A stretch of 38,578 bases of DNA from contig JBGAQA010000044.1 in assembly GCA_044220955.1 (NCBI GenBank), positions 1 through 38,578 of the forward strand, read 5' to 3'. Made by a program: the position numbers and the translations under genes. Positions 27,842-37,164 of this stretch are shown here, piece after piece (position 1 is the stretch's first letter; each line of letters opens with the position of its first letter). Below the pieces are notes generated by a model, which saw only the letters and a program-made list of their open reading frames with translations, made no database searches and was not told where the DNA came from. Source of the stretch: Sandaracinaceae bacterium. GTDB lineage: Bacteria; Myxococcota_A; Polyangia; Polyangiales; Sandaracinaceae.

Positions 27842-28279
27842 ATGCTGCATACGAATGCGCGCTGGACATTCGGCTTGCCTTGGCCGATGGTCGTGGCGCT
27901 CGTCGTGGCCGTGTCGGGCTGTGGTGGAGTCATCATGCCACGCTACACGCTTGGTCCGCACACGCTCGAGCCGCAGACCGTCTTCACGCGGAGCGCGGAG
28001 AGCCTCCGCGCACAGGGCTATACTCTCACGGTCGTGGACGGTCCTCACGGCCGCATCGTGGCAACGTCGCACTACGTCGATCGTCGCGGCCGGTCCGCGA
28101 CGTTCACCGTACAGTGCTACCGAGCCGCGTGGATCGCGATCGAGGTCGCTGGGCCGATGGTGCGCGAGAACCAGGGCCGGTTCTCGCTGCCGGGCGACCT
28201 GGGAAACGAGTACCTCGATCTCGTCATGTTCCTCGGCGCGTCGGTCGGTGTGATCGAGGTTGTCGGAGGCGAGTCGTGA
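27842..28279 (+). CDS. Hypothetical lipoprotein
   Basis: Lipobox VSGC after a hydrophobic stretch; GTGA coupling to the next gene; start uncertain. Confidence 0.65.
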   Translation: MLHTNARWTFGLPWPMVVALVVAVSGCGGVIMPRYTLGPHTLEPQTVFTRSAESLRAQGYTLTVVDGPHGRIVATSHYVDRRGRSATFTVQCYRAAWIAIEVAGPMVRENQGRFSLPGDLGNEYLDLVMFLGASVGVIEVVGGES

Positions 28280-29130
28280 GAGGCTGGAGTCCTGGAGTCT
28301 GCGCGTTCGCCCTGTTCCTTGCAGCGGCTGCGGGCACGGCGCACGCTCAGTGCACCGACGGCCGCGTCACGTCACCGATGACGGCCGGGCGTTGCTGCTG
28401 GCCCGGTCAGACGTGGAGCACGAGCGCGCGCGTGTGCGAGGGGCCCCCGCACTGTCCTGCGGGCTGGGTCGGCCATGGCGACGACTGCGTGCCCGAGCAG
28501 GTCTCGGCGCCGCCGGCAGCTCGGTCCGCCGTTGCGTCCGCGCCAGCGGACGGCTTCGACCCGACGGTGACGACCGCCGACGCGTGGCCATCGGCCGCCG
28601 CGCTGCCGCGTGATCGTCAGAGCAACCCCCGTTACGTGCACGAGGACCTGAACCCCGACATCGTCATTCCCGGCGTGACGCTCTGGGCGCTGGGCTACCT
28701 GGGCTCGCTCGCCGGCGCCATCGCCGGGTTCGCGTCCGGCGGCAGCCCGTCGGATTGGTCGACGGGTATCGAGCGGAACAACAGCTGCTATCAGGCGTAC
28801 GGGGGCGTGTCTCTGATTCCCGTGGTCGGCGCGATCGCCGCGATCGGCGTATACGCGGGATGCGCGGCTACGTACTACTACGATGACGGCATGGGTGTGC
28901 GCACCGCGAGGAGTGCGAGCATGGCGAGCGACAACCAGCCAACCTACGTAATCCTCCCGATCATCAGCAGCGCGCTTGAGATCTCGGGGTTCATCATGAC
29001 GATCGTGGGTCTCTTCGCCGGGCGCCGAGTTGTTCACACGGACGTGCTCACGGCGCGCCTCGATGATCGCGGGACCACGCTCACACTCCACGTTGGTTCG
29101 GCGAGTCTCGGTCTCCGCCTCACGTTCTGA
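28276..29130 (+). CDS. Secreted/membrane protein with Cys-rich N-domain
   Basis: Signal ending AHA-Q; CTDG...CCWPGQTW...C...CPAGW...C; hydrophobic C-terminal segments. Confidence 0.7.
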   Translation: MRGWSPGVCAFALFLAAAAGTAHAQCTDGRVTSPMTAGRCCWPGQTWSTSARVCEGPPHCPAGWVGHGDDCVPEQVSAPPAARSAVASAPADGFDPTVTTADAWPSAAALPRDRQSNPRYVHEDLNPDIVIPGVTLWALGYLGSLAGAIAGFASGGSPSDWSTGIERNNSCYQAYGGVSLIPVVGAIAAIGVYAGCAATYYYDDGMGVRTARSASMASDNQPTYVILPIISSALEISGFIMTIVGLFAGRRVVHTDVLTARLDDRGTTLTLHVGSASLGLRLTF

Positions 29131-29287
29131 GTGCGACGCGGGGGGTGCGGTCGCATGCGATGGCGCTCCAGCGCAGGGCCGCTGGCGCGGGGAGCGTGCG
29201 AGCGTCTGGCACCCCGCGCTCGGCCACCGCAGCGCTGACTGGCGACGGTTGCTGCAAAACGCCTCCTCCCCTCCTCTCCCCTCCTCT

Positions 29288-30697
29288 CTACTTCCTCCGC
29301 TTGTGCCAGGGCTCGAACGCATCGAGCTCGTCCAGCCCGGGGAACGCCCCGTCGAAGCGCCAGCCGCGGTCGTCGAGGTACACGTGCGCCGGCACCTTCG
29401 AGCGCGGGAACGAGAGCTTGTCGAGCACGGCGGCCTCGAGCCCCTCGCGCTCGAGCCACTCGCGCATCGCCTCGATGCCGCCCCGCTCGCGCGAGCGCGC
29501 CGAGTGGATCGCCACCTTGAAGCGCTCGACCGCCGAGCGCAGCCACGCGAGCGCGCCCTCGACGGGCGGATCGGGGATCACCGTCGCTCCGCGCCAGCCG
29601 GACGTGTACGCGTGGATCACTCCGTCGAAGTCCACGACGATCGTCTTGTGCGGTACGCGCTTGGTGCGCACGCGCGCGATCGAGCGCGGCAGCGCCACCG
29701 TCTCTCGCTCCGCCGAGATCGCCCTCGGCGTGCCGGGATCGGTCACGCGCTCCTCGAGCGGTGGCGATACCTCTTTCTCCTTCTGGACGAGCGGCACCGT
29801 CGTGGCGGGCGGCAGCGGGTGCGGGTGCTCGTCCCAGTCCGCGTTCGGATCGTCGTAGACGTAGAGCGCGTCCTCGGCGCCGTGCACGACGTACTCCTTC
29901 TCCGGGTCCCCGAGCAGCGGCGAGACCGGGGCGTGCAGCACCGGAAGCCGGAGTGGCTCGCCCACCTCGATGCCGAGGTCGCGCGGGTCGAGGATGGGCG
30001 CCGCGTGCGAGATCGCCTCGCGCGGCGCGTCGCGGCTCGGCGTGGCGGGCAGGGCGTAGTTCGCGGCGTGCCCGCTCATCGCGCGGTCGATCTCGCCGCC
30101 GCTCCGCTCGTGCGCCCACTTCCAGAGCGCGTCCCAGTGGCCGGCCGGCACCGGCACGGCGAGCGGGAGGATGACGCGGAATTTCGGGTGCAGCGGCGTG
30201 TGCGACCACGTCGTGTGGACGAGGTGGAAGTGATCGGCGAAGGGCGCCGTCGCCTCGGGGATGCGCGCGCCGGCGTCGTAGTCGAGCACCAGACACGAGA
30301 CGTGCGAGACGCCCTCGCTGCCGCGCTCCGCCGCATCGGGCCGGTACACGGCGGGCGACCAGAGCCGGAGGTCGCGCTTGGCCTCCTTCTTCGCGGCCAC
30401 GCGCAGCTCCTCGGCTCTCGCGCGCATCGCGCGCTCACGGTCCGCACCCACGGCCGAGCGCCCGGCCGCGGCGATCTCGGCGACGGCCCCGCCCACGGTC
30501 TCGCCGGCGAGCGCCAGCTCGAGCGCCCGGTCGACCCTTGCGAGCTCGCGCTCGATGCGCGCGTGCAGCTGCGGCTTGAGCTCGAAGCGGCGGAAGCACG
30601 CGACCAGCTCGCTCAGCGTGAGCACCTCGTTCAGCGGCGTCGTGTCGAACACGCGCTTGAACGAGCAGACCGGAAACGTGAGCAGCCCCCCGTCCAT
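29288..30697 (-). CDS. Fusion of AEP primase-polymerase-like domain and HAD-superfamily phosphatase
   Basis: WSPAVY, LVLDYD, HTTWSH, KFRVILPL, EID; C-terminal IVVDFDGVIH, HSAR, K, YLDDR. ATG 30697 is 4 nt after the upstream stop. Confidence 0.75.
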   Translation of the reverse strand: MDGGLLTFPVCSFKRVFDTTPLNEVLTLSELVACFRRFELKPQLHARIERELARVDRALELALAGETVGGAVAEIAAAGRSAVGADRERAMRARAEELRVAAKKEAKRDLRLWSPAVYRPDAAERGSEGVSHVSCLVLDYDAGARIPEATAPFADHFHLVHTTWSHTPLHPKFRVILPLAVPVPAGHWDALWKWAHERSGGEIDRAMSGHAANYALPATPSRDAPREAISHAAPILDPRDLGIEVGEPLRLPVLHAPVSPLLGDPEKEYVVHGAEDALYVYDDPNADWDEHPHPLPPATTVPLVQKEKEVSPPLEERVTDPGTPRAISAERETVALPRSIARVRTKRVPHKTIVVDFDGVIHAYTSGWRGATVIPDPPVEGALAWLRSAVERFKVAIHSARSRERGGIEAMREWLEREGLEAAVLDKLSFPRSKVPAHVYLDDRGWRFDGAFPGLDELDAFEPWHKRRK

Positions 30698-30701
30698 CGA
30701 G

Positions 30702-33665
30702 TCACGCCCCCGGGACGACGATCTGGAGCCAGAAGGCGTCGAGCCCCCCGAGGGAGGGAAACGTGGCCTCGCTCGGCGCCATGAAGCTCGTGTCGTAGTC
30801 GCCCGCGACGTACGCGATGCCGCCGATGGCGCCGCCGATGCGGAACAGATCGTCGCGGCCCGTGCCGCCGAGCGTCGCCGGCGCGGTCGCGTACCCACTC
30901 GGGTTGACCGCGAAGAGCACGCCGTCCGTGCCGCCCCTCGACGTGAGGCTCCCCCCGCTTCCGCCGCCCCCGGTGAGCGCCGCGGTGCCCGCGTAGGTGC
31001 CGACGACGGCGAAGGTCCCGGCCGCGTACGTGATGTCGGCGAGCACGTCCTTGGCGGTGCCGCCGAAGGGCACGACCCACTGCGCGGCGCGCGTCGTCCC
31101 GTCGAGCCCGGCGACGAAGCCGTCGGTCATACCGGTCGAGCTGAGCGGGACTCCGTCCACCGTCATGCTCCCCTCGAACCAGCCCGTGACACCGATCTCG
31201 GCGCCGAGCATGTCCGTGTTGATCGCCACGCCGGTCGCCGCGTCGTTGCCGCTGCCGCCGATGGTGCGGGCGAAGAGGGTGGAGGCGTCCGCGGCGGACA
31301 GGAGCCAGAGGAAGCCGTCGGTGGGCCCCGACGCGCTGAGCATGGCGGCGCCGAACATGCCCGACCCCGCGAGCGCGCCGACGACGTACACCGTGCTCGC
31401 GTCGAGCGCGACGCTCAGGGCCCCGTCCATGCCGCTCGTCGGCACGCTCGCCACGTGGCTCACGCTCCCGGCGCCCGTGCCCGTCGCCACGAGGTGGATC
31501 ACCACCGGGTCGGTCGTCGCCGACGCCGGGAGCGGCATCGAGCCGATCGCCGCGGGTCCGCGCATGCCGCCCACCACCCAGAGGTCGGGGCTCGAGAGCG
31601 CCATGCCAGAGATCGCGTCGTCCGAGGGCCCGCCGAAGCGGTGCGCCCAGACCGGGACGAGCGAGGCGTCGAGCCCGACGATGACCGCGTCGCGCCCGCC
31701 CTGCCCGGCGCCCGCGTTCACCGCGATCGAGCCGACCGAGAGCGTCGCGCTGGTCGTCGTGAGCGCGACGAAGACGTTCCCGAGCGGGTCGATCGCGACG
31801 GCCGTGACCATCTCGTCGCCGGCGCCGTCGATGGCGAGCGCCGCCCGGCAGTGGCTCTGCGCGTCGCGCACGCTGACGATCCCGGAGGCGCCCTGCGCGT
31901 CGAGGTGCGTGCCGCAGCCGACGCCGAAGCCGGTGCCCGAGAAGCTGCCCCCGAGCACGACGAAGTTCGCGTTCGCCGCGACGCTCGTGCCCACGTCGTC
32001 GCGCGGCGAGACGCCCACGACCCCGTCGAGGCCGCCGGGCACGCAGCGCGACTGCGCGCACTGCTCCGCCATCGGGTCACACGCCGCGCTGCACCCGCCG
32101 CAGCGGAGGTCGTCGGCGATCGTGCTGGTCTCGCAGCCTGCCGCGATCGTGCAGTCCGAGAAGCCGGGCTGGCAGGCGGCGGCGTGGCAGATGCCGACCG
32201 TGCAGGTGAGGATCGCGCCCGGGATCGCCGCGCAGCTCGAGGCCGCGGGATCCTCGTCGACCGCGTGATCGCAGTCGTCGTCGCTCGCGTTGCACGTCTC
32301 GCTCGCGCCCGGGTGCCGCGCCGCCGCGCCGTCGTCGCAGTCGCGCGCGTCCGTGACGTACCCGGCGGGGGCGAAGCACGCGATCACCGCGGTGCCGGGG
32401 TCGCCGAATCCGTCGCCGTCGCCGTCGCGGTGGAACGTGGCGCTCGTCGCGTCCTCGTCGACGTGCGTGTCGCAGTCGTCGTCGCGCCCGTTGCAGATCT
32501 CGGCGGCGCCCGGCAGCGCCGTGGCGTCGCGGTCGTTACAGTCCATGCCACGCGCGCCACCACAGTCGACGTCGGCGACTCCGTCGTGGTCGTCGTCCTC
32601 GAGGTCGCCCGGCGTGATCGCGAAGTCCGCCAGGCCGTTGCAGTCGTCGTCGCCGCCGTTGCAGATCTCGGGCGCGCGCGGGCTGCGGGCGCTCGTGGTG
32701 TCGTCGCAGTCGGTCCCCACGAGCGAGTAGCTCCCGGCAGGCGGCGCGCACTGCACGAGCGTGGCGCCGCGCGCGTCGCCGTAGCCGTCCCGGTCCTGGT
32801 CCACGTACCAGGGCAGGGCGCCGGCGCTCTCGTCCACGCGCATGTCGCAGTCGTTGTCGAGCGCGTCGCAGACCTCGAGCTGGCCTGGGTTGCGCGCGAC
32901 GTTCGCGTCGTCGCAGTCGCCGCCCATCACGGCGAACCCGACGGTGTCGCCGCACTGCGTGACCTGCGGCATCATCGAGTTGCCGTAGCCGTCGCGATCG
33001 GCGTCGGGATACATCATGACGCCGAGCATCTCGTCGACGTGGCCGTCGCAGTCGTCGTCGACGTGGTTGCAGACCTCGCTGGCCGCCATGTTCACGCTGC
33101 GGTTCGAGTCGTCGCAGTCGGTCCCGCAGTCCGTGCCGTTGCAGCACGCGCGGTCCTCGAAGCCGTCCGAGTCGCCGTCGATGCGGCCGTGCGTGGCCGT
33201 CGCGCAGTCCTCGTCGTGCATCGCCCTGTCGCAGACCTCGGTGTTGCCGGGGAAGCGGTTCACGTCGTCGTCCGCGCAGTCGTCGCCGAGCGCGAGACCC
33301 GTCGCGTCGAGGCAGCTCGCGTCGCCGTGGCCGTCCATGTCGAGGTCCGGGACCTGGTGCACGCAAGCGCGGCTGCTCTCCGCGCAGAAGTCGCGCGTGC
33401 ATGCGATGGCGTCGGCGCACGCGGGCGGTGTGCCCGCCGCGCACGTGCCGCCCGCGCAGCGCTCGTCACCGTTGCAGAAGAGGCCGTCCGCGCAGTCCGC
33501 GTCCGCGCGGCAGCGCGACGTCGTGTCCGTGCTCGTGTCCGTCGCCGTGCCCTCTCCGACGTCGGACGCGCCGCCCGCGTCCGCGTCGCCCGGCGCGGCT
33601 CCGCAGCCCGGCGCCCCGACGACGAGCACCAGCGAGAGAGCGGCGAGGCGTGCGGCGCGGACCAT
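30702..33665 (-). CDS. Large surface lipoprotein with DCDD/DxDxDG metal-binding (MopE-like) repeats and C-terminal beta-propeller
   Basis: Lipobox APGC; many DCDD..P...EICNG.DDDCD and YPDADRDGYG units; SBBP-like repeats (AVAIDPLGNVFV, TDGFVAGLD). Confidence 0.85.
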   Translation of the reverse strand: MVRAARLAALSLVLVVGAPGCGAAPGDADAGGASDVGEGTATDTSTDTTSRCRADADCADGLFCNGDERCAGGTCAAGTPPACADAIACTRDFCAESSRACVHQVPDLDMDGHGDASCLDATGLALGDDCADDDVNRFPGNTEVCDRAMHDEDCATATHGRIDGDSDGFEDRACCNGTDCGTDCDDSNRSVNMAASEVCNHVDDDCDGHVDEMLGVMMYPDADRDGYGNSMMPQVTQCGDTVGFAVMGGDCDDANVARNPGQLEVCDALDNDCDMRVDESAGALPWYVDQDRDGYGDARGATLVQCAPPAGSYSLVGTDCDDTTSARSPRAPEICNGGDDDCNGLADFAITPGDLEDDDHDGVADVDCGGARGMDCNDRDATALPGAAEICNGRDDDCDTHVDEDATSATFHRDGDGDGFGDPGTAVIACFAPAGYVTDARDCDDGAAARHPGASETCNASDDDCDHAVDEDPAASSCAAIPGAILTCTVGICHAAACQPGFSDCTIAAGCETSTIADDLRCGGCSAACDPMAEQCAQSRCVPGGLDGVVGVSPRDDVGTSVAANANFVVLGGSFSGTGFGVGCGTHLDAQGASGIVSVRDAQSHCRAALAIDGAGDEMVTAVAIDPLGNVFVALTTTSATLSVGSIAVNAGAGQGGRDAVIVGLDASLVPVWAHRFGGPSDDAISGMALSSPDLWVVGGMRGPAAIGSMPLPASATTDPVVIHLVATGTGAGSVSHVASVPTSGMDGALSVALDASTVYVVGALAGSGMFGAAMLSASGPTDGFLWLLSAADASTLFARTIGGSGNDAATGVAINTDMLGAEIGVTGWFEGSMTVDGVPLSSTGMTDGFVAGLDGTTRAAQWVVPFGGTAKDVLADITYAAGTFAVVGTYAGTAALTGGGGSGGSLTSRGGTDGVLFAVNPSGYATAPATLGGTGRDDLFRIGGAIGGIAYVAGDYDTSFMAPSEATFPSLGGLDAFWLQIVVPGA

Positions 33666-33677
33666 GATCTCGGAATG

Positions 33678-34553
33678 CTACACAGGATCGGGCCCCAGGA
33701 TCGCCTCGACCACCGCGTCGGGCGCCTCCTCCGCCGGGAAGTGCCCCACGGCAGGGAGCGTGCGGACCCTCGCCTGCGGAAGCGCCGCGCGCAGTCGCGA
33801 GAGGTAGCTCGGCCCGAACGCCGGGTCGCGCTCTCCCCACACGATCGCGGACGGGATCGCCGCCAGGGCTGCGCGTCGCGCCCAGAGCGTCGCGTAGAAC
33901 GCGCTCGAGCCGGCCAGCTCGCGGCCGAGCACCCAGGGGGCGAGCCGCTCCGCGCGAACGCGGAAGGGGCCGAGGTACTGCCGGTGGATCGCGCGCGTGA
34001 GCAGGCGCCGGTCGCCGAGGGCGCTCGGCAGCAGCACCCGCACGGAGAACGAGAGCCAGAGATAGAGGAAGCGTCCGATCGGGCCGCGCACGAAGCGGCT
34101 GATCGACACGGCCCGGCGATCGTCGTCGACCGGCCAGAACCACGAGTTCAGGTACACGACGCGCTCGACGCGCTCGAGCCGCGCGAGCACCGCGCCGAGG
34201 CCGATCGGCCCACCGAAGTCGTGCACCACGAGCGTGAAGCGCCGAAGCCCGAGCGCGTCGAGCAGGTCGGCGAGGCGGCGGGCGTGCGCGGCCGGCTCGT
34301 AGGCCGCGCCGGCGGGCTTGTCGGAGAGCCCGAAGCCGAGGTGATCGGGGACGATCACGCGGCGATGCGCGCGGAGCGCCCGGACGACGTGCCGCCACTC
34401 GAACGACCAGGTGGGTGTCCCGTGGACGACGACGATCGGGTGCGGGTCGTCCCGCGGGCCCTCGTCGACGTAGTGCATGCGCGCGCCGTCGATCTCGTGC
34501 GTGTGATGGGTGAAGGGAAACGCGTCGCGGTCGAGCCAGGCGGGTGTGTCCAT
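33678..34553 (-). CDS. Alpha/beta hydrolase, haloalkane-dehalogenase-like
   Basis: MHYVDEGP, HGTPTWSF, PDHLGFGLSDKP, VHDFGG, WGERD, VGHFPAEE. Confidence 0.88.
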   Translation of the reverse strand: MDTPAWLDRDAFPFTHHTHEIDGARMHYVDEGPRDDPHPIVVVHGTPTWSFEWRHVVRALRAHRRVIVPDHLGFGLSDKPAGAAYEPAAHARRLADLLDALGLRRFTLVVHDFGGPIGLGAVLARLERVERVVYLNSWFWPVDDDRRAVSISRFVRGPIGRFLYLWLSFSVRVLLPSALGDRRLLTRAIHRQYLGPFRVRAERLAPWVLGRELAGSSAFYATLWARRAALAAIPSAIVWGERDPAFGPSYLSRLRAALPQARVRTLPAVGHFPAEEAPDAVVEAILGPDPV

Positions 34554-34606
34554 GCCCTCGGTTTGCGCCTCCCGCGCGCCGCCGGGCACGGTACGTTCGT
34601 ACCGCC

Positions 34607-35347
34607 TTGAGCACGCTCGAGCGCGAGATCCTTCTGCAGGCCGCGGCCGCGACGTCGCTCCCGGACTTCCGCGCGCGCGCGCTCGCCTCGCTCGGTCGCG
34701 GCCTGGCCTTCGACGTCGGTCTCTTCCACGCGCTCTCGCCGCGCGTGCCGCTCTCGACGGGCGCCCTCGTCGGGATCGAGCCCTCGGTGATCGCCGGGGG
34801 CATGCGCGACTGGGATCGCCTCGCGGTCGAGCTCGGCGCGCTGCGCGATCACGCGCTCTCGCACGAGGGCGTGGCCGCGGACCACGAGGTCTTCCCGCGG
34901 CCGGGGCGCGCCCGCGAGCGCTTCCGGCGCGCGCTCGGACGGGTGCTGCGCGCAGAGTCGATCGCCATCGCGCACCTCTCGCTCCGCGGCGCCGTGCGCG
35001 CGGCGGTGGTGATCGCTCGGCGGCGGCCCGATCCCTTCGCGCCGCGGGAGCTCGCGCTGCTGCGGGCGCTCGTCCCCGCGCTCGCCGTCGCCGATGCGCT
35101 GCACGAGTCCCTCGACGGCGCCGAGCGCGCGAGGGTTCCGATCACGCTTCGCTGCGAGGATCAGCGCCTGACGCCGCGGCAGCGAGAGGTCGTCACGCTC
35201 GTCGCGCACGGCCACACGAACGCCGCGATCGCGCGCTCTCTCTCGATCTCGCCGAACACGCTGCGCAACGCCCTGGCCGACGTGTTCCGGCGGCTGGGCG
35301 CCTCCAACCGCGCCGACGTGGTCCGCCTCGCCGTGCTCCGCGCGTGA
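34607..35347 (+). CDS. LuxR-type HTH regulator with N-terminal sensory (GAF-like) region
   Basis: LTPRQREVVTLVAHGHTNAAIARSLSISPNTLRNAL..VFRRLG..NR; divergent from the hydrolase; start (TTG 34607) uncertain. Confidence 0.85.
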   Translation: MSTLEREILLQAAAATSLPDFRARALASLGRGLAFDVGLFHALSPRVPLSTGALVGIEPSVIAGGMRDWDRLAVELGALRDHALSHEGVAADHEVFPRPGRARERFRRALGRVLRAESIAIAHLSLRGAVRAAVVIARRRPDPFAPRELALLRALVPALAVADALHESLDGAERARVPITLRCEDQRLTPRQREVVTLVAHGHTNAAIARSLSISPNTLRNALADVFRRLGASNRADVVRLAVLRA

Positions 35348-35403
35348 AAACGCGAAAGGCTGTACCCTCTCCGTTCGTCCGGTTCGTTCCGCGGGAGGGC
35401 ACC

Positions 35404-36861
35404 ATGGCTTCGATCGTCCGTAGGTTCGCGATCGTCGGCTGCGCGGGGGCGATGGCGCTGGCCGCGCTGGGCTGCAGCTGCGCGAGCCCGATCCGCCGCG
35501 CCGACGCCGGGCCGATCGTCGAGGTCGACGGCAACGGCTTCGACGTGAACCCCCCGCGCGTGGACACGGGCCCGGGCGACGACACCGGCGCGAGCCTGCC
35601 CGACATGGGCAACGACGCCTACGTGGACCGCATGACGTTCTGCATGGGGCGCGGCCCCGCGGTCATCGTGGGCGACATGACCGTCGGCACGGCCACGTGC
35701 GCGGGCGCGATCGCCAGCCGCGTGTTCGACAACGCGATGTGCACGTGCACCAACGCCGGCATCGGCGGCTACATGAAGACGCGCTCGTTCCACTCGGCCA
35801 TGGGCACGATGGACATGGCGTCGGGCGCGCCGGTCGGCATCAACGGGATGGACACGACGGTCGGCTACACCGACATCGGCGGCTCGCTCGTGATCGCGGG
35901 CTCTGGCGGCGTGATGTTCGGCGGCTACCTCGACGTGGACGGCGACGCGTCGTTCGGCGGACCGGTGTCGGCGGCCGGCTACATCCACGTGCACCGCGAC
36001 CTGCACGCCGACGGCAACGTCACGTGCCTCGGCGCCGTCACGGTGGACCGCGACGCGTACCTCACGCCCGGCCACAACCTGATCACCTTCCCGGACGTCG
36101 GCGGCTCGACGACCCACACGTCGTTCACGGTCGAGCCGCCCTGCGACTGCACGCCCACCGGGATCGTCGACATCGGCGCGATCGTCGACTACGGGCGCAC
36201 GCACAACGACAACGCCGACGTCCCGCTCGATCCCGGGCTGCTCTCGAACGTGCTCGGCATCGGCGTCGACATCACGCTGCCCTGCGGCCGCTTCTACGTG
36301 GACAGCATCGGCGGCATCGGGGGCATCACGCTCCACGTCCACGGCCGCACCGCGCTCTACGTCGGCGGCGACGTGAACGCGATCGGCGCGCTCGACGTCG
36401 ACCTCGGCACCGAGGGAGAGCTCGACGTGTTCATCGCCGGCAACATGCTCTCGATCGGCGCCGGCAGCTGGGGCGAGCGCAGCCGCCCGGCCGCGAGCCG
36501 CATCTACATCGGCGGAACGCACGACGTCACGCTGATCGGCGCCTCGGGCTTCGTCGGCAACGTCTACGCGCCCAACGCGCGCATCACCGCGGTCGGCGAC
36601 ACCGAGGTGTACGGCTCGCTCTTCGGCGGCTCGATCACGATGCCCGGCTACCTGAGCATCCACTACGATCGCGCGATCCTCGACGTCGACGTCGACTGCC
36701 CGCCCCCGCCCGGCGACTGCTCGTGCGACCCCGGGCGAGGCTGCGTGGATCACCACGCGTGCATCGGCGGCACGTGCGAGGCGTGCACGAGCGACGCCGA
36801 CTGCTGCGCCCCGCTGGTGTGCTACCCGAGCACCGGCCTCTGCGGCAGCTTGGTGATCTGA
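35404..36861 (+). CDS. Lipoprotein with Gly/Val/Asp-rich predicted beta-helix and Cys-rich C-terminus
   Basis: GGAGG RBS, lipobox LGC; repeats IGGSLVIAG/LDVDGD/IHVHRD; LPCGRFYV, GNVYAPNA. Confidence 0.8.
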   Translation: MASIVRRFAIVGCAGAMALAALGCSCASPIRRADAGPIVEVDGNGFDVNPPRVDTGPGDDTGASLPDMGNDAYVDRMTFCMGRGPAVIVGDMTVGTATCAGAIASRVFDNAMCTCTNAGIGGYMKTRSFHSAMGTMDMASGAPVGINGMDTTVGYTDIGGSLVIAGSGGVMFGGYLDVDGDASFGGPVSAAGYIHVHRDLHADGNVTCLGAVTVDRDAYLTPGHNLITFPDVGGSTTHTSFTVEPPCDCTPTGIVDIGAIVDYGRTHNDNADVPLDPGLLSNVLGIGVDITLPCGRFYVDSIGGIGGITLHVHGRTALYVGGDVNAIGALDVDLGTEGELDVFIAGNMLSIGAGSWGERSRPAASRIYIGGTHDVTLIGASGFVGNVYAPNARITAVGDTEVYGSLFGGSITMPGYLSIHYDRAILDVDVDCPPPPGDCSCDPGRGCVDHHACIGGTCEACTSDADCCAPLVCYPSTGLCGSLVI

Positions 36862-36867
36862 GCTTTC

Positions 36868-37152
36868 AGGGGCGCCGGGCGCGCCCCTCGACGCACCGGC
36901 GGAGCCGGATGCGTCTCACCCCCACTCCGCTCGCTACGCTCGCGAGGCACACGGGTCGTCTCGCTCGGCCGCCGGATCATGCCCGTGGCTGGCGTCGATT
37001 TTGGTGTGACTCGGCTCGCTCCCGCTCGCCTCGCGAGGCACACCGCTCGTCGCGTGCGACGGCCTCGTCGTGCCCGCGGCGGCCGTCACTTCGGGACAGC
37101 ACGGAGGGCTCGCCCCCTCTCCCCGTTCGACGGGGAGAGGCTGGGTGAGGGG
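36868..37152. repeat. Cluster of REP-like hairpins and a direct repeat between convergent genes
   Basis: Hairpins at 36868-36888, 36890-36915 and 37116-37140 (followed by CTGGGTGAGGGG); CTCGCGAGGCACAC at 36939 and 37030. Confidence 0.6.
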
Positions 37153-37164
37153 CTCGCCCGACGC

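Noticed and set aside
29262..29290. Pyrimidine tract CCTCCTCCCCTCCTCTCCCCTCCTCTC
   Set aside because: Short low-complexity run beside a stop codon; no supportable function.
27700..30700. Prophage or integrative element around the primase-like gene
   Set aside because: No integrase, structural genes, helicase or att-like repeats seen.
30378..34610. 1410-aa plus-strand ORF
   Set aside because: Antisense shadow of three motif-bearing minus-strand genes; no recognisable domain.
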